Positions 30,448-42,664 of a stretch of 64,000 bases of DNA are shown here, piece by piece. The translations under genes and the position numbers were made by a program. The notes below the pieces were generated by a model, which saw only the letters and a program-made list of their open reading frames with translations, did no database searches and had not been told where the DNA came from. Positions within the stretch are counted from its first letter, which is position 1, and the number at the start of each line of letters is the position of its first letter. The DNA is from Tubulanus polymorphus (Eukaryota; Animalia; Nemertea). The stretch is taken from assembly GCF_964204645.1 (NCBI RefSeq), contig NC_134026.1, positions 4,177,950 through 4,241,949 on the forward strand, read 5' to 3'.

Positions 30448-33278
30448 AATTCCTTTTTGTTCAAAACCCAACGATATAATGCATGATCCATATACAAATC
30501 AATGATACCCGTGTCTTTCATCTCCATAATGAAAAATAAGACTGTGTTATTATTTCTTATATCTATTCCTTCTTTTTCAAATCCTCATAATCGCCTGGCA
30601 TATATTCGAACAAGTATACTTTCAAAGCATTTATATCGACTATATCCAAATACTTACGCACTGCAATTAGAACGGCGATTTCAATATTTTTCATTTTAAC
30701 TAATAACGATTGGCTTATTGTTCTATATCTATGTGGAAGAGAATCATTAGCTCTATGTTTTATGCGGAAGTTATTGCGAACGTCAAATGAAACGAGATAA
30801 AAATCTAATAGCCATTTCGTATGATCACAACATTTTTCGATTGCTCTCCCTTTTTCAATCTCTCTCTTCCACTCCCTCTTCGTTTTTACTTGAGAGATAT
30901 TTTTAACAATCTGTTTTTTAATCATTTTCTATTTCGCTTTACTACGTACAACGAGCGTAGTATGCGATATGTAGAAATCACATGAAAATGATATAAGTCT
31001 AAGCAAAAATATTTACACATATATTACAAATCAAATTCACGCCTCCGTGTTAATTATTCATATTCAAATATTTGCAGTCGTTTTTCAATTATTCGAAACT
31101 GGATGAATTTTATACATACGTATTCCACTCCCACCTCCCTGCGTAAACGTACGTATAGCCTACAGTATTTGGATTCGAAAATATCAAATTTTTGAAGAAA
31201 AAACCCTGGCTATAATAGTAATCGGCGCACGTAGGCCGGCCGGCCTACGAGTCGGCTAATTTAATCTATCGTTTCCTAAACAGCAGCTATCCCAATGTGT
31301 TAACAAACAAGAAGCCTATGATATGCACCGCGACCTATAAAATGCCATCTGTTCAACTTTACATGATCGTACAAGTCATAAATTGTTTACTTTTTAATTC
31401 AATTTAATAGTTTGATCAATTTGGGTTGTATCATACCAAGAGCAGTTAATCATAACAATTAGATCGCTTAAAAACGACTAACATGGTTTTATCGATTCCC
31501 AGTGGAATTTTACATTGATAGCTGACACTACTGCCCCCTGGTGGTGTAGCAATAGAAAATCAATATAGATGTATATGATTACTAAAAAGACCAACAGAAA
31601 AAACAACATTAGTTTTAAGCACTTCGGTATGTTATTTAATTTTCCTGTGTGGTTTGCAATGAATTGCCAATCTTGCAATAAATTCACAGCAGCAAAATCT
31701 CCAATATCCTAATTCGACGCTTACATACCCACCATGTCCGCCATTTTTCGTTTTTTTTTCTATTTAGTAGGACGGACATGAACACATATTTCCATTTTTG
31801 TCGAACAAATGAACTATGCCTCAGGTTAAAACAAAATGTGTTTCTCGGTGTTCGCCAGTTCGTTCACGGGTTAGGTTTTTTAGCCGCAACCACACCGCGC
31901 CTGCAGATGTGAATGAGCCACGTGACATCACTGTTATATTAACTGCGTGATATATACCAATAAATTTACAATATTGCATTTTTATCAAATACAAATTCTT
32001 TTCTTGTTAATAAATAGCATTTCCCAGTAAAATTAATTCAGGCGTTGGCTTTTTATTTCAAGTCAGGGTGTGTTTTCTGCCTTGTGATTTTGATTCAATC
32101 AAAATGGAAACGGGGAAGTGCACAGATACCAATTTAGATGTCACACATTATATATATATGTATATCGACAAACTTTTTGAAAAATGCAGCCGTTTTAAAA
32201 GCTATTTCGTAAAGATCGGATTAACAGCTATGAGCACTATGGAAGTCCGATTGTAACAAATATTTTCACTTCCTAAGCGGAGAACACATTAGCAAAAAGA
32301 ATGCCAGAACGTATGCGACATACTGTGTTAATTGAATCGATATATTCCTCTGAATATTGAATTTGCCGGGTTGCCTTTCTCAACCGATTCTCCAGGGCTC
32401 CATTTGGAACTATCGAAAATGTATTTACCGATATGCTGTAAGCATGTCAATGTTGAATAATCCCACGTCAACTACTGAAATTTGTATGTCTCCATATTAG
32501 CGATATGTAGCCCCACAAAGATGTAGCCCCACCCGGTGGTATCTAACATGTATATTACGTATAATCGTGGACTCTAAAAACGAGAATCCATGCTATAATT
32601 ATCGCACGGCCAATACCTCTTTTACACACCTTTCGCGATGACCTCGATGGTGAAAAATGCTTAGTTGTCAATCATGCCAACATATGGAGACCGTAGGTCT
32701 TTTTTCACAATCAAGGCGGCAAGACCGCAAAAGAAACGACTGTGTAGTTAATGATAAAAATCTTACGGAATTTTTTTCTAAAAATCGCACGAATCTAAAA
32801 TGGACGACCATTACAGAATGCTGAACCAAGTTTTGGCAATCAGTGTCTCGTCGTGAACGGTTAGTCGAAGACACACAATAAATCTGAACTTCCCTCCAAA
32901 ATTATATGTACATGTATATGTACGTATAACTGAAATACGGATTACCAAAGTGATCGTCAATCATCGTCAAGTGTCCCGTGATGATTGTTTATCGTACATG
33001 GAGAGGCCCTGATAAAATTTCGGGTCAGTTGAGTTTAACACGAGAACTGTACAATGCGCCATGTTAATACGTCAAATTACACATGTGTCTGGATATGGTA
33101 ACGTATGATTAACGCTAAATTTAATTAGAAATAGTTAGAATTTGCAGCGCGGCTCAATTGTAACTGTGTAAGGGAATCAACCACACGGCAGTTTACATAT
33201 TCAGTTTTTCGCCAACGGGAGGCCAATCGCGGAGACATTAAGAAAACGTAAGCCACAGATAACGGACTCATCGTGAAA

Positions 33279-34413
33279 ATGGATAGCGATCACGCTGAAA
33301 ATATGGCACCCGTCGATTTTTCTGGCACATGGGAGCTGGAAAAAAGCGAAAATTTTGAAAAATACATGGATATTTTGGCAAAAAGTAAGTTCGAAAAAAT
33401 TATTCTCCAAAACAACTCGAATTTGTTGCTATGAGCGTACATGAAAAATGTTTGGATGTTTTATACATTCAAAGTTATTTACCGCAGCTCAATGTGGCTG
33501 CAGGAACTGAACAACCGCCATGTTTGTTTCAGATGAAAATTTCGTGGTGCGGCAAAGTATGAAAATGGCCAGGTACGCCAAGCCGGTTCAGACAATTCGG
33601 CAAAACGGGGACAAATTCTCGATCGAAACGAAGGTCACTTTTTGGACTGGAAAGATAGAATTTACGATTGGCGATGACTACGAAAGTAATGAACGAGGTC
33701 ATAAACTAAAGGTATAGAATACATCAGGGGCGAATCCTAGATATATTCCAGAATATAGTCAGAAAAATATGAATAACATATTACACCAGTCTTTATCATG
33801 GATCCCGTGTTTCTACGGATAATATTATGTATGTAAATGCTGTTTTGGTCCCTTTTTCTTTACGAAAGGGTCTTGGGGGTACACGAGAAAAAGTGTCAGC
33901 AAGATACTCGATTGGCCAAAACTTGACACGTTGATGTGAATTACTAGCTCCAATGTTGTATCTTGAAATTGGGGCCGTCGTGGCACGTACCCCTGGTATA
34001 AAATTCACCGGGAAAAGATTAACGTAAATTTTCCGTAAGGAAAACTGTTTTACTGATGTCTCCAGCAGGGCGCTCTGTCGTATACGCATAGTTTCTGTCC
34101 GGCCGGGACTCAACGTGTCTTTTTCGAATGTTTCCAAGGGCGTAGGACAATGGGAAGGCAATAAGTTGGTGATCAAATACGAACCAGTTGAGAATCCGAC
34201 GAAACTGCATAAGCAAATAATTACTCGAGAAATCATTGACGACGAGATGGTTATGGTAGGTCGTTCATACCATTAATTCCACGGTCTATCGAGAAACGTA
34301 AAACTATAACTTTTCTATAGGCCTGCGTCTAATTTCATCGCACATTTCAGACACTGGAATTGGTCGGTGAAGAGTTTTTGTGCAAACGGTATTACAAAAG
34401 AATAGACGCTTAG
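33279..34413 (+). CDS. Intracellular lipid-binding protein (FABP/CRABP family), 4 exons
   Basis: Exons 33279-33384 (DFSGTWELEKSENFEKYM), 33533-33711 (QNGDKFSIETK..IEFTIG), 34139-34255 (WEGNKLV..TREIIDDEMVM) and 34351-34413 (TLEL..CKRYYKR). This is the canonical iLBP 4-exon layout with phases 1, 0, 0. Confidence 0.9.
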
Positions 34414-36272
34414 AAGCAAGAATTAGAATTCTTCCCGGCAGCTGAGCAGCAGATGCATACGCCGCATTAACTTTCATTCGCCATCAACTGAGACACGCCG
34501 CCACAGTAGCTGCAGTAGGCATACGGTACCTGACGCGTACAAATACGATATTTGTTTTCTGTCATTCCTCGCTAAATTGAATTACTTACATAATGAATTT
34601 CAATGAACTGCTGCTGTTTTGGGATCCAGATTTTAATCTCAATCGGGAAACGTAAACAAAAAATATATCAGTGTATATCCAGATTCGTTTCGATCTGCTT
34701 ACTGGATAATTTTCGATCCAGGCTACAAAATGGTGGATGCTTGGAGTGTTTTTATTTTAACCGCTCAAACCTTTAAAATTCATGAAAATATAGACGTGAT
34801 TTTGCCGTTTTAGCCCCACAAAGCCCTGCTCCTTGATACGGGGTCCTTACAGATTATTCCTGATGCAAGATTTGAAAGAAAACTTTCAAATTTCGCGGAA
34901 GTGTCTGCATCACTTACATATCCCAAATTACAGTAGAATCCTCCTGAATCGGAACTGTTTATCTCAGTTAATCATTAAATCGTGGGATTTGAAAGCAAAT
35001 TGTTATCCTATTCCTCCTTCATTCGCGATTGCTGATTAATCGGTTACTACCTTCCATCGAATAGAAAATCCTCTATGGTCCCAACTATGATTTACAAACT
35101 GTAGCCAAAAATTTGTTATTTCCTATTTCTCAAAATGGAAGGAGTTTCGGGAATTTTGCTCAAAACAAATGAGTAACTTAACAGCATTTTCCATTTAGGA
35201 GGTTAAATAAATAAGTATAAACAAGGATTCGAACCTGATGGCATTGAGACTGCGTCGCTGTGGCTTGGTACAACCTCGCTTGCCGGGTTCCGATCTCGCT
35301 TCAACTAGTGGGTTCGAATCCCACGGGTGAAGTTGAGCTGGGTGCGGGCTAACAGGTTTGAATCCCTGCCGAGGGAAGGTACGATTGATACGATAGCTAA
35401 TAATGTGCGCAACAGTTGCGTCGTGTCTAGCAACAGCATGCTTTACGGAAAAAGTATTTGCGACTTATGCTATGTATTGGGGATTCGAACTGGCTCCGCA
35501 GTCACTTGGCGAGCCACTCGGGTTCGAATCCCATATTTGCGACCGGCATATCGGACGTCGCTTTATAGACACTGACTGCATCCTCATCAAAATAAATTTG
35601 CAACTTTCCCCCCAGTATCATTCGAAATTTTTCACAAACAGGTCCGTCCAACAGTTACTCTCCATCAGCAGTCTATAACCAGATAACGTGCAGTTCCTTG
35701 CGGATAAGCAGGATCAGGTCGCGGGAATTCGTACTAAAACTACATGTAGTGTCGTGGAACCGGCTAGTGACAGCTTGCATCCTCTTTTAGCCGACCGGGC
35801 ATTATTCCTACAACGCGTAGAATCTTAATGGCATTTCCTCAGTAAATCAACTTTCAACAAAACCAGTCACACATAATAAAACAACACACAACTAACACTT
35901 TGCTTTATCAGTGGTACATCTTTTTTATATACAATATTTATTCCGAGACAGAAACTTCCATGAAATTCAAATCGAGGTGTGTTTTTGAACACAGCAAAAT
36001 AGAATGGTAGATCTGGAAATGGTTCAAAACTCATCCGACTAATCATACACTATGTAGAAAATGCAACCGACAATGGTTTATAATGATTTGAATGTTTATT
36101 TACACAAAAGTGTCGCTGGTAGGAGACATCGATCCTTCGCCAGCCGCTTCGTAGCCAGGCACTTAAAACGTTTAAGTAATATTAATGATACGACCTGGAC
36201 ATCAAAAATGAAATCTGAAACGCAGAAAGAGGAATAATTATTAACGGCGTTCAAGCATGTTTCACTGGCAGA

Positions 36273-36824
36273 CAGTCGAACTCGGCTAAGTCGTCGTAAT
36301 AAGTTTTCACTATATTCGAGTTCTTATACCGTAGAACTGACTTATAATAATTCGAATTTTCACTTAACCTTTTCAGTGCATCTACACCGCAGTGCAGTGT
36401 ATGAATCGGTGATGGATTTTGCTAGTACACCGCACTGCGGTGTATTGATGTAATTAGTTTTTATCTCTATACGAAGATGACAGCACCCGTCAAACATAGT
36501 GAAATATTAGTACCTAACGATACACTGCACTGCGGTGTAGACGCATTGTAGTGCTATTCCAGTTATTCAACACACTAGGGTGGAATTTTCCCAAATTTTC
36601 TCCAGCACTATAGGGTATTAATTAGTCAGCACAGAAAGGGTTAATTCGAATGAAATCACTGGTCCCTTAAATCAGAAACTGTGCAAACTACTATTCATAA
36701 TTCGGAGAAATCTGGGCAGTCCTTAGTCATTGAAATGAGTTCTACTGAACATAAGTTTGGATAAGTTGTCGACTTAATGATAAGATTGTCTAACTAACTA
36801 TAAGTCTTGAGCCAGTTTTGACTG
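36273..36824. mobile_element. Tc1/pogo-like MITE (host of a nested insertion)
   Basis: Imperfect TIRs CAGTCGAACTCGGCTAAG and CTTGAGCCAGTTTTGACTG. TA flanks are mutated. Confidence 0.55.
36368..36640. mobile_element. piggyBac-like MITE nested in the preceding element
   Basis: TTAA|CCTTTTCAGTGC ... GCACAGAAAGGG|TTAA. Three internal copies of the near-palindrome TACACCGCA(G/C)TGC(A/G)GTGTA. Confidence 0.75.
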
Positions 36825-36870
36825 CAATTTATATTAAAACTATTATTGATTTACCTCTCTTGTCTCCTTT

Positions 36871-39800
36871 CTAATAGGAGGGTGGTTCGGGACAATCCCT
36901 GATCATATGACCCTTTTTGTTGCAACGATAACATGAACGATCTGAAATTACATACAAAACACACGCATATTTTATATGGATTCTTTAGAAGACAAATTCC
37001 ATATATAGGGACATTACCTGCACACTGCACGTATTGATTCTGAAATGTCATGTTATTCGCAAATATACTTTCGATTGTTTTTTTTTTGTCTAGTAGTTGT
37101 ACCATGTTATGCTGTTAAGACGGTTTTTTAACGATAATTGAAACAAGAATTTACTCTAAAAAATAACTATTTCTAGATATCGTGTACCACGTGTTTCGAA
37201 TTTTGACCAGAGTCCGAAAGCATAACTAGATATATAAACTACTCACCATAAACAGGTAGGCGAAGAACATGGAAAAAAAACTGGATAAAATATATAAATA
37301 AATATATATATGTATGTATATATGTATGTATATATATAAATATACACGAGATCTAATTTTGATGATTATTTAGCTAAACACAGGTCAGGGTAGTCAGATA
37401 CACTTGTACGGGTAATCCAAAAAACCACATTCCACCACTTATTACAAGAGGACTGGCTACAAGTGTATTCAACCTCAGGCTCACTCCTCACAGTACCTGC
37501 TGCTTACGAGAAATACTGTTTTAGAAGCGTATTTTTGCATTAAACGTTAAGGAGATGCCCAGCGTGTAGTTGATTCTTCCCCGGGTGGTCATTAACAGGT
37601 ATATATATTGATGGCAATACGTCCATACGTGAACGGTAGGGAGATCCTTTCAACTTCCTGAAATCAGAATGGTTTTGTTCCGTTAACGTGAATCATCAAC
37701 AAGAATCTGCTGACCCGGTTACCAGATTTCAACCAACTGACTCGACACATGTTCCAACTTTGTATTGAATTTCTATAAAGCAACATAACATTACGGCAAA
37801 CGTCTCCGAACTCAGTTCCTAGCCAACTTGATGACCGCTTCCTCGCAGGGATTCTAATGATAGGGATCGTTCATAGCACGCGACACGCGAGCCCGAGCCA
37901 TAGGCAGTAGGACCTAGCCCATTGAAAACAATCTGCGCAAAGTAAGCTATTCAAACTACGAAATGAATCAAAATCATTCATCATATTTAGCTAGAATTTC
38001 GCCCTTGTTCGTTTGACACATGTGACTTCAAAATCCCTGATGATTTTGTTTACACCAGCCATCGTTTTTAATCATGCGCCAGACACACTCGAAATAGAAC
38101 GTTCTCACAGCGTAGACAGGTGTTAGTGAGAGGGTATGTTAGAACGACGTGCTTACACAAGGTCGGACCACACAAGGTCGGACCTTTATTAAAAAGATAT
38201 GGTCTACTTTTTGCGTATGTACTTAATGAACGGCCCCAGATTTCAGGAATCTATCATGATATCAAAACCCTTCAAATCTGATGCACAGCTATATATCTTC
38301 TCAGTACTAAATAATGACCATCCAACACGAACAGTACCGTGTTTAACACTGTGCTACAGATGGTTTGCTTATCTATACTGATTCAGATACACAAATTATG
38401 CTACAACTTAATTTACAAGAGTTGTACCATGATGAGCCCAGCCGTGACCAGTACAAATCCCTGTTAGGAGCAGGTGATCCATTTAAAGATATCATTATGT
38501 TTAGAACTGAGCAAGTCGACGTTGCCGGTGTATATACTGTAAATCTCCACTTATCACTCTACTCGTACAATTTTCATGTTTCCAAACTTCTTAAAAACAA
38601 GCCTTCATACTTTATTTACACTTGAATTAATCATCTAGTCATTTTTTTTCGTTGAGCAAAATTGATTTTCTTTCTTAATCGAATAGCCTTCACAGGTCAG
38701 TGTGTGTGTGGCCGAGATGACATATCACGCATGCAGTATTCGGTTGTTCGTACACTCGTTTTTATAAGTTTTCCGCAACAATAAATTTGACCTCAAACTA
38801 GCGACAGTGAAAATGTACGGTTTACAATAGCACAATTTAATCAATGCGTAATTACACCGTTATACGAGAGAAGGAAATTAACAATAATTACCGTAACTAC
38901 CGCCGCCGCCTCCGCCGCCGCCACCACCACCTCCACCACCACCAGATCGATTCGGACAATCCCTCGATATGTGTCCCTCTTCCTGACACGTGTAACATGT
39001 ACGACGTCCTAGAAGTCAAGCGGAAATCAAATCAGACATAAATATCACCACAGCCCATTTCTATCCTGCGGATAACAGACTGCGCTCGGTGAATTTCTTA
39101 CGGGTTTCACAATTCCATTTTCCATACCCAGATTATTAATGTTCCATACCCCTTAGTTTAAAGCCCTGAACACACACAAGGCGATTTTATTCGCACAGCG
39201 TCTGCGATTACAGATTTCACAGCGAGATTAGCATAGCGTGTTTGGTCGGCTGCAGGCGATTATCACGTGTGGTCTGTCGCATGCAAAAATCAAACATGTT
39301 TGATATTTTCGTGGCGAATTTTATCGCAGCAAATATTTCCGTGCAGTGTGAATTTTGCTGCGAACCACTCGAAATCAACCAATCAATGACTAGCAACAAC
39401 AACAACAATTTTAAGTTTCCTGGACGCAGCCATCTCCCGTTTGATCACATGACCACGAACTGCGCATGAGGTTGCCAACAGCTGATTGCATAGGTGTGTT
39501 CGCTCTGCGCTATATTCACTGCGAAAATCGCATAGTGTGTTCGGGCTTAACAGGCAATGTAATGTAACCATCACATTAACATAACCGTTAATGTGATGGT
39601 TTACTAAGCTATATTTTTTTCTACACAATACCGAAACCAGATTTAAAATTGGCTGTGACTGTGTAAACGGGGATAAGAAATTCTGGTCAAATTGTGCCGA
39701 TTTAGGGCAGGCATAAATTATGCCTGCCCTAAATCTTCCTTCAATTACAATCTAGACAAAAATATCCAATTGCATATCTCTCAAAATAGTTTTTTCAAGG

Positions 39801-42155
39801 AATCGTAAGGACCCAGAGTTAGTTAGTACTTACCACCGCCGCCGCCACCACCTCCACTGTAGTTATTATATCCACGATCACCACCTCTATTATTATATCC
39901 GCGATCACCACCACGGCTAAAACCACCGCCGCTATAACTGCCATAACCGCCTCCGCTGCTGTATCCACCTCCGCCGCTGCCATAGTCACCTGCAATAAAT
40001 CAATTAAACACTCCTATATGTTAGACATTGTATTACTTCTCTCTCCTTTTATTATTTTTCTGTTAGTGCACATCTTTGTGTCACACATTTTTGTTTTTTG
40101 TCTGTTTGTTGTTATTGTTGTTTTCTTCATTCACAATCTTATACTTTGGATTTATGATGAATAAATTGAAATTGAAATTGGATTGCACACTTTCTCATGA
40201 CAGAAATGCAAGGAATATCGAAGACCAGAGAAATCAGATTTCTAGGACTCTTCTTCAAGTATATAAGTAATAGTCATTTCATTTCTATAGTCCCTTTTTA
40301 CTGTGATACAATGTTCAAACTTTGTATCATTACCCCCAGCCTTTAACTAGTCTCTTGTCGATTTATCAGTCATCCATCCATGGGGAGAAGTAACATCTGA
40401 GCAGCTGCTAGGTGCGGAGGGGTTATCCATCAGACCAGGTACCTATTTACCCCTCGGCGAAAAAAGAGGCAATGAGGATAAGTGTCTTGCCTGGGGACCC
40501 TACGGTAATGTACTGGGTTCGAAAGTACTTGAATCAGTAAAATAGTACCGAGGAACTCTGAGAGGCTTTCCTTACCCGCGTTAAATCCGTTGACAATGTC
40601 TTGAATCAATTCTTTAGCTTTCTCGACAGCTTCAAAGATTCCGGTCAATTGAACTGGTGTCTCGTTGCCTACGCGACCTTCATTGTCAACCTGAAATATT
40701 CAATGATATATTCTTACATTTGTACATCAGCAGTTCCACCTACATCTAAACAACATAAGGCCCCTACAGAATGGTCATTCCTGGATATAAGGGTTTTTCA
40801 ACGAGTTTTAAAGGAGAATATCTCAAATTTCGCGGAAGCGTCAGCATCACTTTCAATCCCAATTACTGCATTCTCCTCCTAAACCAGTAATTAAGTTGTT
40901 TTGTTAACAAATCTTAATCCTTTATTTATGTTAACTCAGTTCTAAGTTTATACAAGTTTTTAAGGAGAATATTTCAAATTTCTGTTCCAATGTGTCTGCA
41001 TCACTCCCATCCCAAATACTGTAGTCTCCTCCTTAACTAGTAATTCAGTTGTTTTGTTCACAAATTTTTATCCTTACATTAACCGAACTCTGTTTTTAAT
41101 TCGATAATCGAATTATTTGGTGAAAAACGATTTAGACGTAACACTTCTAATTGCATCTCGAAACTGGAGTTTTAAATTGAGTTTCAGTTTCTAAGAATCG
41201 AGTCCTGTAGTAGGGACCGTGCAACATTGCTGTGCCTGAAGAAAGCCCTAATCCTCTCGATTTTATAACAATGAAGATTTAAGGTTGTTTAATTCCGATG
41301 ATAGACTTGGAGAATATTCTCTGGGAGAAATCAGTTCCCTCTCCGGAATTTTAATAAGTAACTGATAAATTCATCATTCAGAATTATAAAATTTCTAACT
41401 TACTTTGATTCCTGCACCACTTTTACTTTGCAGTTCGCGTACTTTTTCGCCACCTTTGCCGATGATTCGACCTACCACATCAGTGGGCACCTTCATTATA
41501 ACTGGATCTTCCTAAAAGAGCGATAATTGGGTTAGGTTAATTAAGACTTGTTCGGCGCTAAAAATCATTCATCACTGATATCAGATTGAAGGAATGTATT
41601 GGTGATTGACTTAACGTCCATCTGGTGACAATGAAATGCCAGGCTAATTACTCGTCAGTCAAATTGGCTGAGGAAGATTTCATTGTTAAAAAATAACCTT
41701 CCCATTCCTGACTGTGGTTTGTGAAAATATCCGATCGTGAAACTAAACCACAGACAGGTTACTGACTAGCGCCCAGCGTCAGTGACTGGCGGTTAATCAA
41801 ACTTGATAAAAAATAAAAATTCCAACTCAACTGACTGAGCTTTTTTTCATCGAATTCAACACAAAATCATAAACTTCAAACACCAGACCAAATACTGTGT
41901 AAGTAGTCACACATTGAACTGAATGAATGTACTTATCATATCATTAACATACTCAGTGAAAAGCAACACGCTGGTTTAATTCACTGCGCATTTGCGGTGA
42001 CGCGATCCCGCGTTCGTTGTTCGGAGTTTGGGGCGGAGAAGAAAGAAACCATAAAATACTGGCTTTCAACGTTCAACCACTCGACCGATATCGTAGACAT
42101 CGCTCTAAAAAATATCTCATTCGACGTCGAGAAAATGACTTACCCCGTGAGACAT
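36871..42155 (-). CDS. Small RNA-binding protein: one KH domain, Gly/Tyr/RGG-rich region, two CCHC zinc knuckles (192 aa, 6 coding exons)
   Basis: Exons 42155-42144 (MSHG), 41511-41404 (EDPVIMKVPTDVVGRIIGKGGEKVRELQSKSGAGIK), 40690-40576 (VDNEGRVGNETPVQLTGIFEAVEKAKELIQDIVNGFNA), 39989-39834 (GDYGSGGGGY..RGGDRGYNNRGGDRGY..), 39008-38892 (RRTCYTCQEEGHISRDCPNRS-polyG-SY), 36941-36871 (DRSCYRCNKKGHMIRDCPEPPSY*). All introns are GT-AG with compatible phases; total 579 nt. Confidence 0.88.
39161..39548. mobile_element. Harbinger-like MITE in an intron of the KH-CCHC gene
   Basis: Left end AAGCCCTGAACACACACAAGGCGATTTT versus reverse complement of the right end AAGCCCGAACACACTATGCGATTTT. T/A-rich trinucleotide flanks; internal (AAC)n. 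Confidence 0.75.
40330..40525 (-). mobile_element. tRNA-derived SINE fragment with a conserved central domain
   Basis: Minus strand: B-box-like TTCGAACCC, then GTCCCCAGGCAAGACACTTATCCTCATTGCCT ... GGGGTAAATAGGTACCTGG, a pattern typical of metazoan tRNA-SINE bodies. Boundaries are approximate. Confidence 0.6.
40800..41070. repeat. About 152-bp unit in 2 tandem copies, with a third dispersed copy at about 34870-34970
   Basis: Shared core TTTTAAGGAGAATAT.TCAAATTTC...GT(C/G)TGCATCACT..CATCCCAA.TAC.G.A.TCTCCTCCT at about 40806 and 40957, and more diverged at 34885. Confidence 0.7.
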
Positions 42156-42664
42156 GTTTTCGTTGCGAATGCTTGTAGTAATACTGTGGAAATGCAGAAT
42201 ATAGAGACGAAAACCGCACGCTTCGTGTTCTGTAAGAAAATGGCGCCGGTGAGAAGAGCATCATCGGGGGAGAAAGTAGAGATCTGAAATCCGTTAATCG
42301 TCGATTTCGTATAAGGCCTTTCTAACTAGAAGTGCTCCGATACAGCGGGCAAAATTTAGGAAAAAATGAAAATAGTTTGTAATAATTGCTCATTAGTGGG
42401 TTTGAATTAGGAAATGATGTCGAAATACTTGTAAGATTTTAATTTTGCTGAGAGGGCCCCTCCCATCCTTTATCTCGCTTGCCAGGGTATGTATTATTGA
42501 ATTGCAGAATAATAGCAATCGACACCAGGAATCGGATACATCGCTATTATAAGTGTCACGTCATGGAAATAAACTATTACGGATAGAAAATATATTCTCA
42601 GTGATGATTCAAATTGAAAGATTTGAAGCCGGTTCCTGAATTAAATTGAATTGAATTGGCCAAC
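42156..42664. promoter_or_regulatory. Candidate bidirectional promoter between the KH-CCHC gene and MRGBP
   Basis: The two start codons face away from each other about 510 bp apart. YY1-like AAAATGGCG at 42237 and AACATGGCG over the MRGBP ATG. Function is inferred from arrangement only. Confidence 0.5.

Noticed and set aside
31810-32300. Possible Kolobok-like or other non-autonomous DNA element
   Set aside because: The composition looks repeat-like, but I could not define convincing TIRs or a TSD by eye.
35280-35375. Possible tRNA gene
   Set aside because: T-loop/B-box motif is present, but I could not fold acceptor, D and anticodon stems.
38844-39041. Plus-strand ORF with poly-Arg and poly-His
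   Set aside because: It is the antisense reading of the poly-Gly zinc-knuckle exon.
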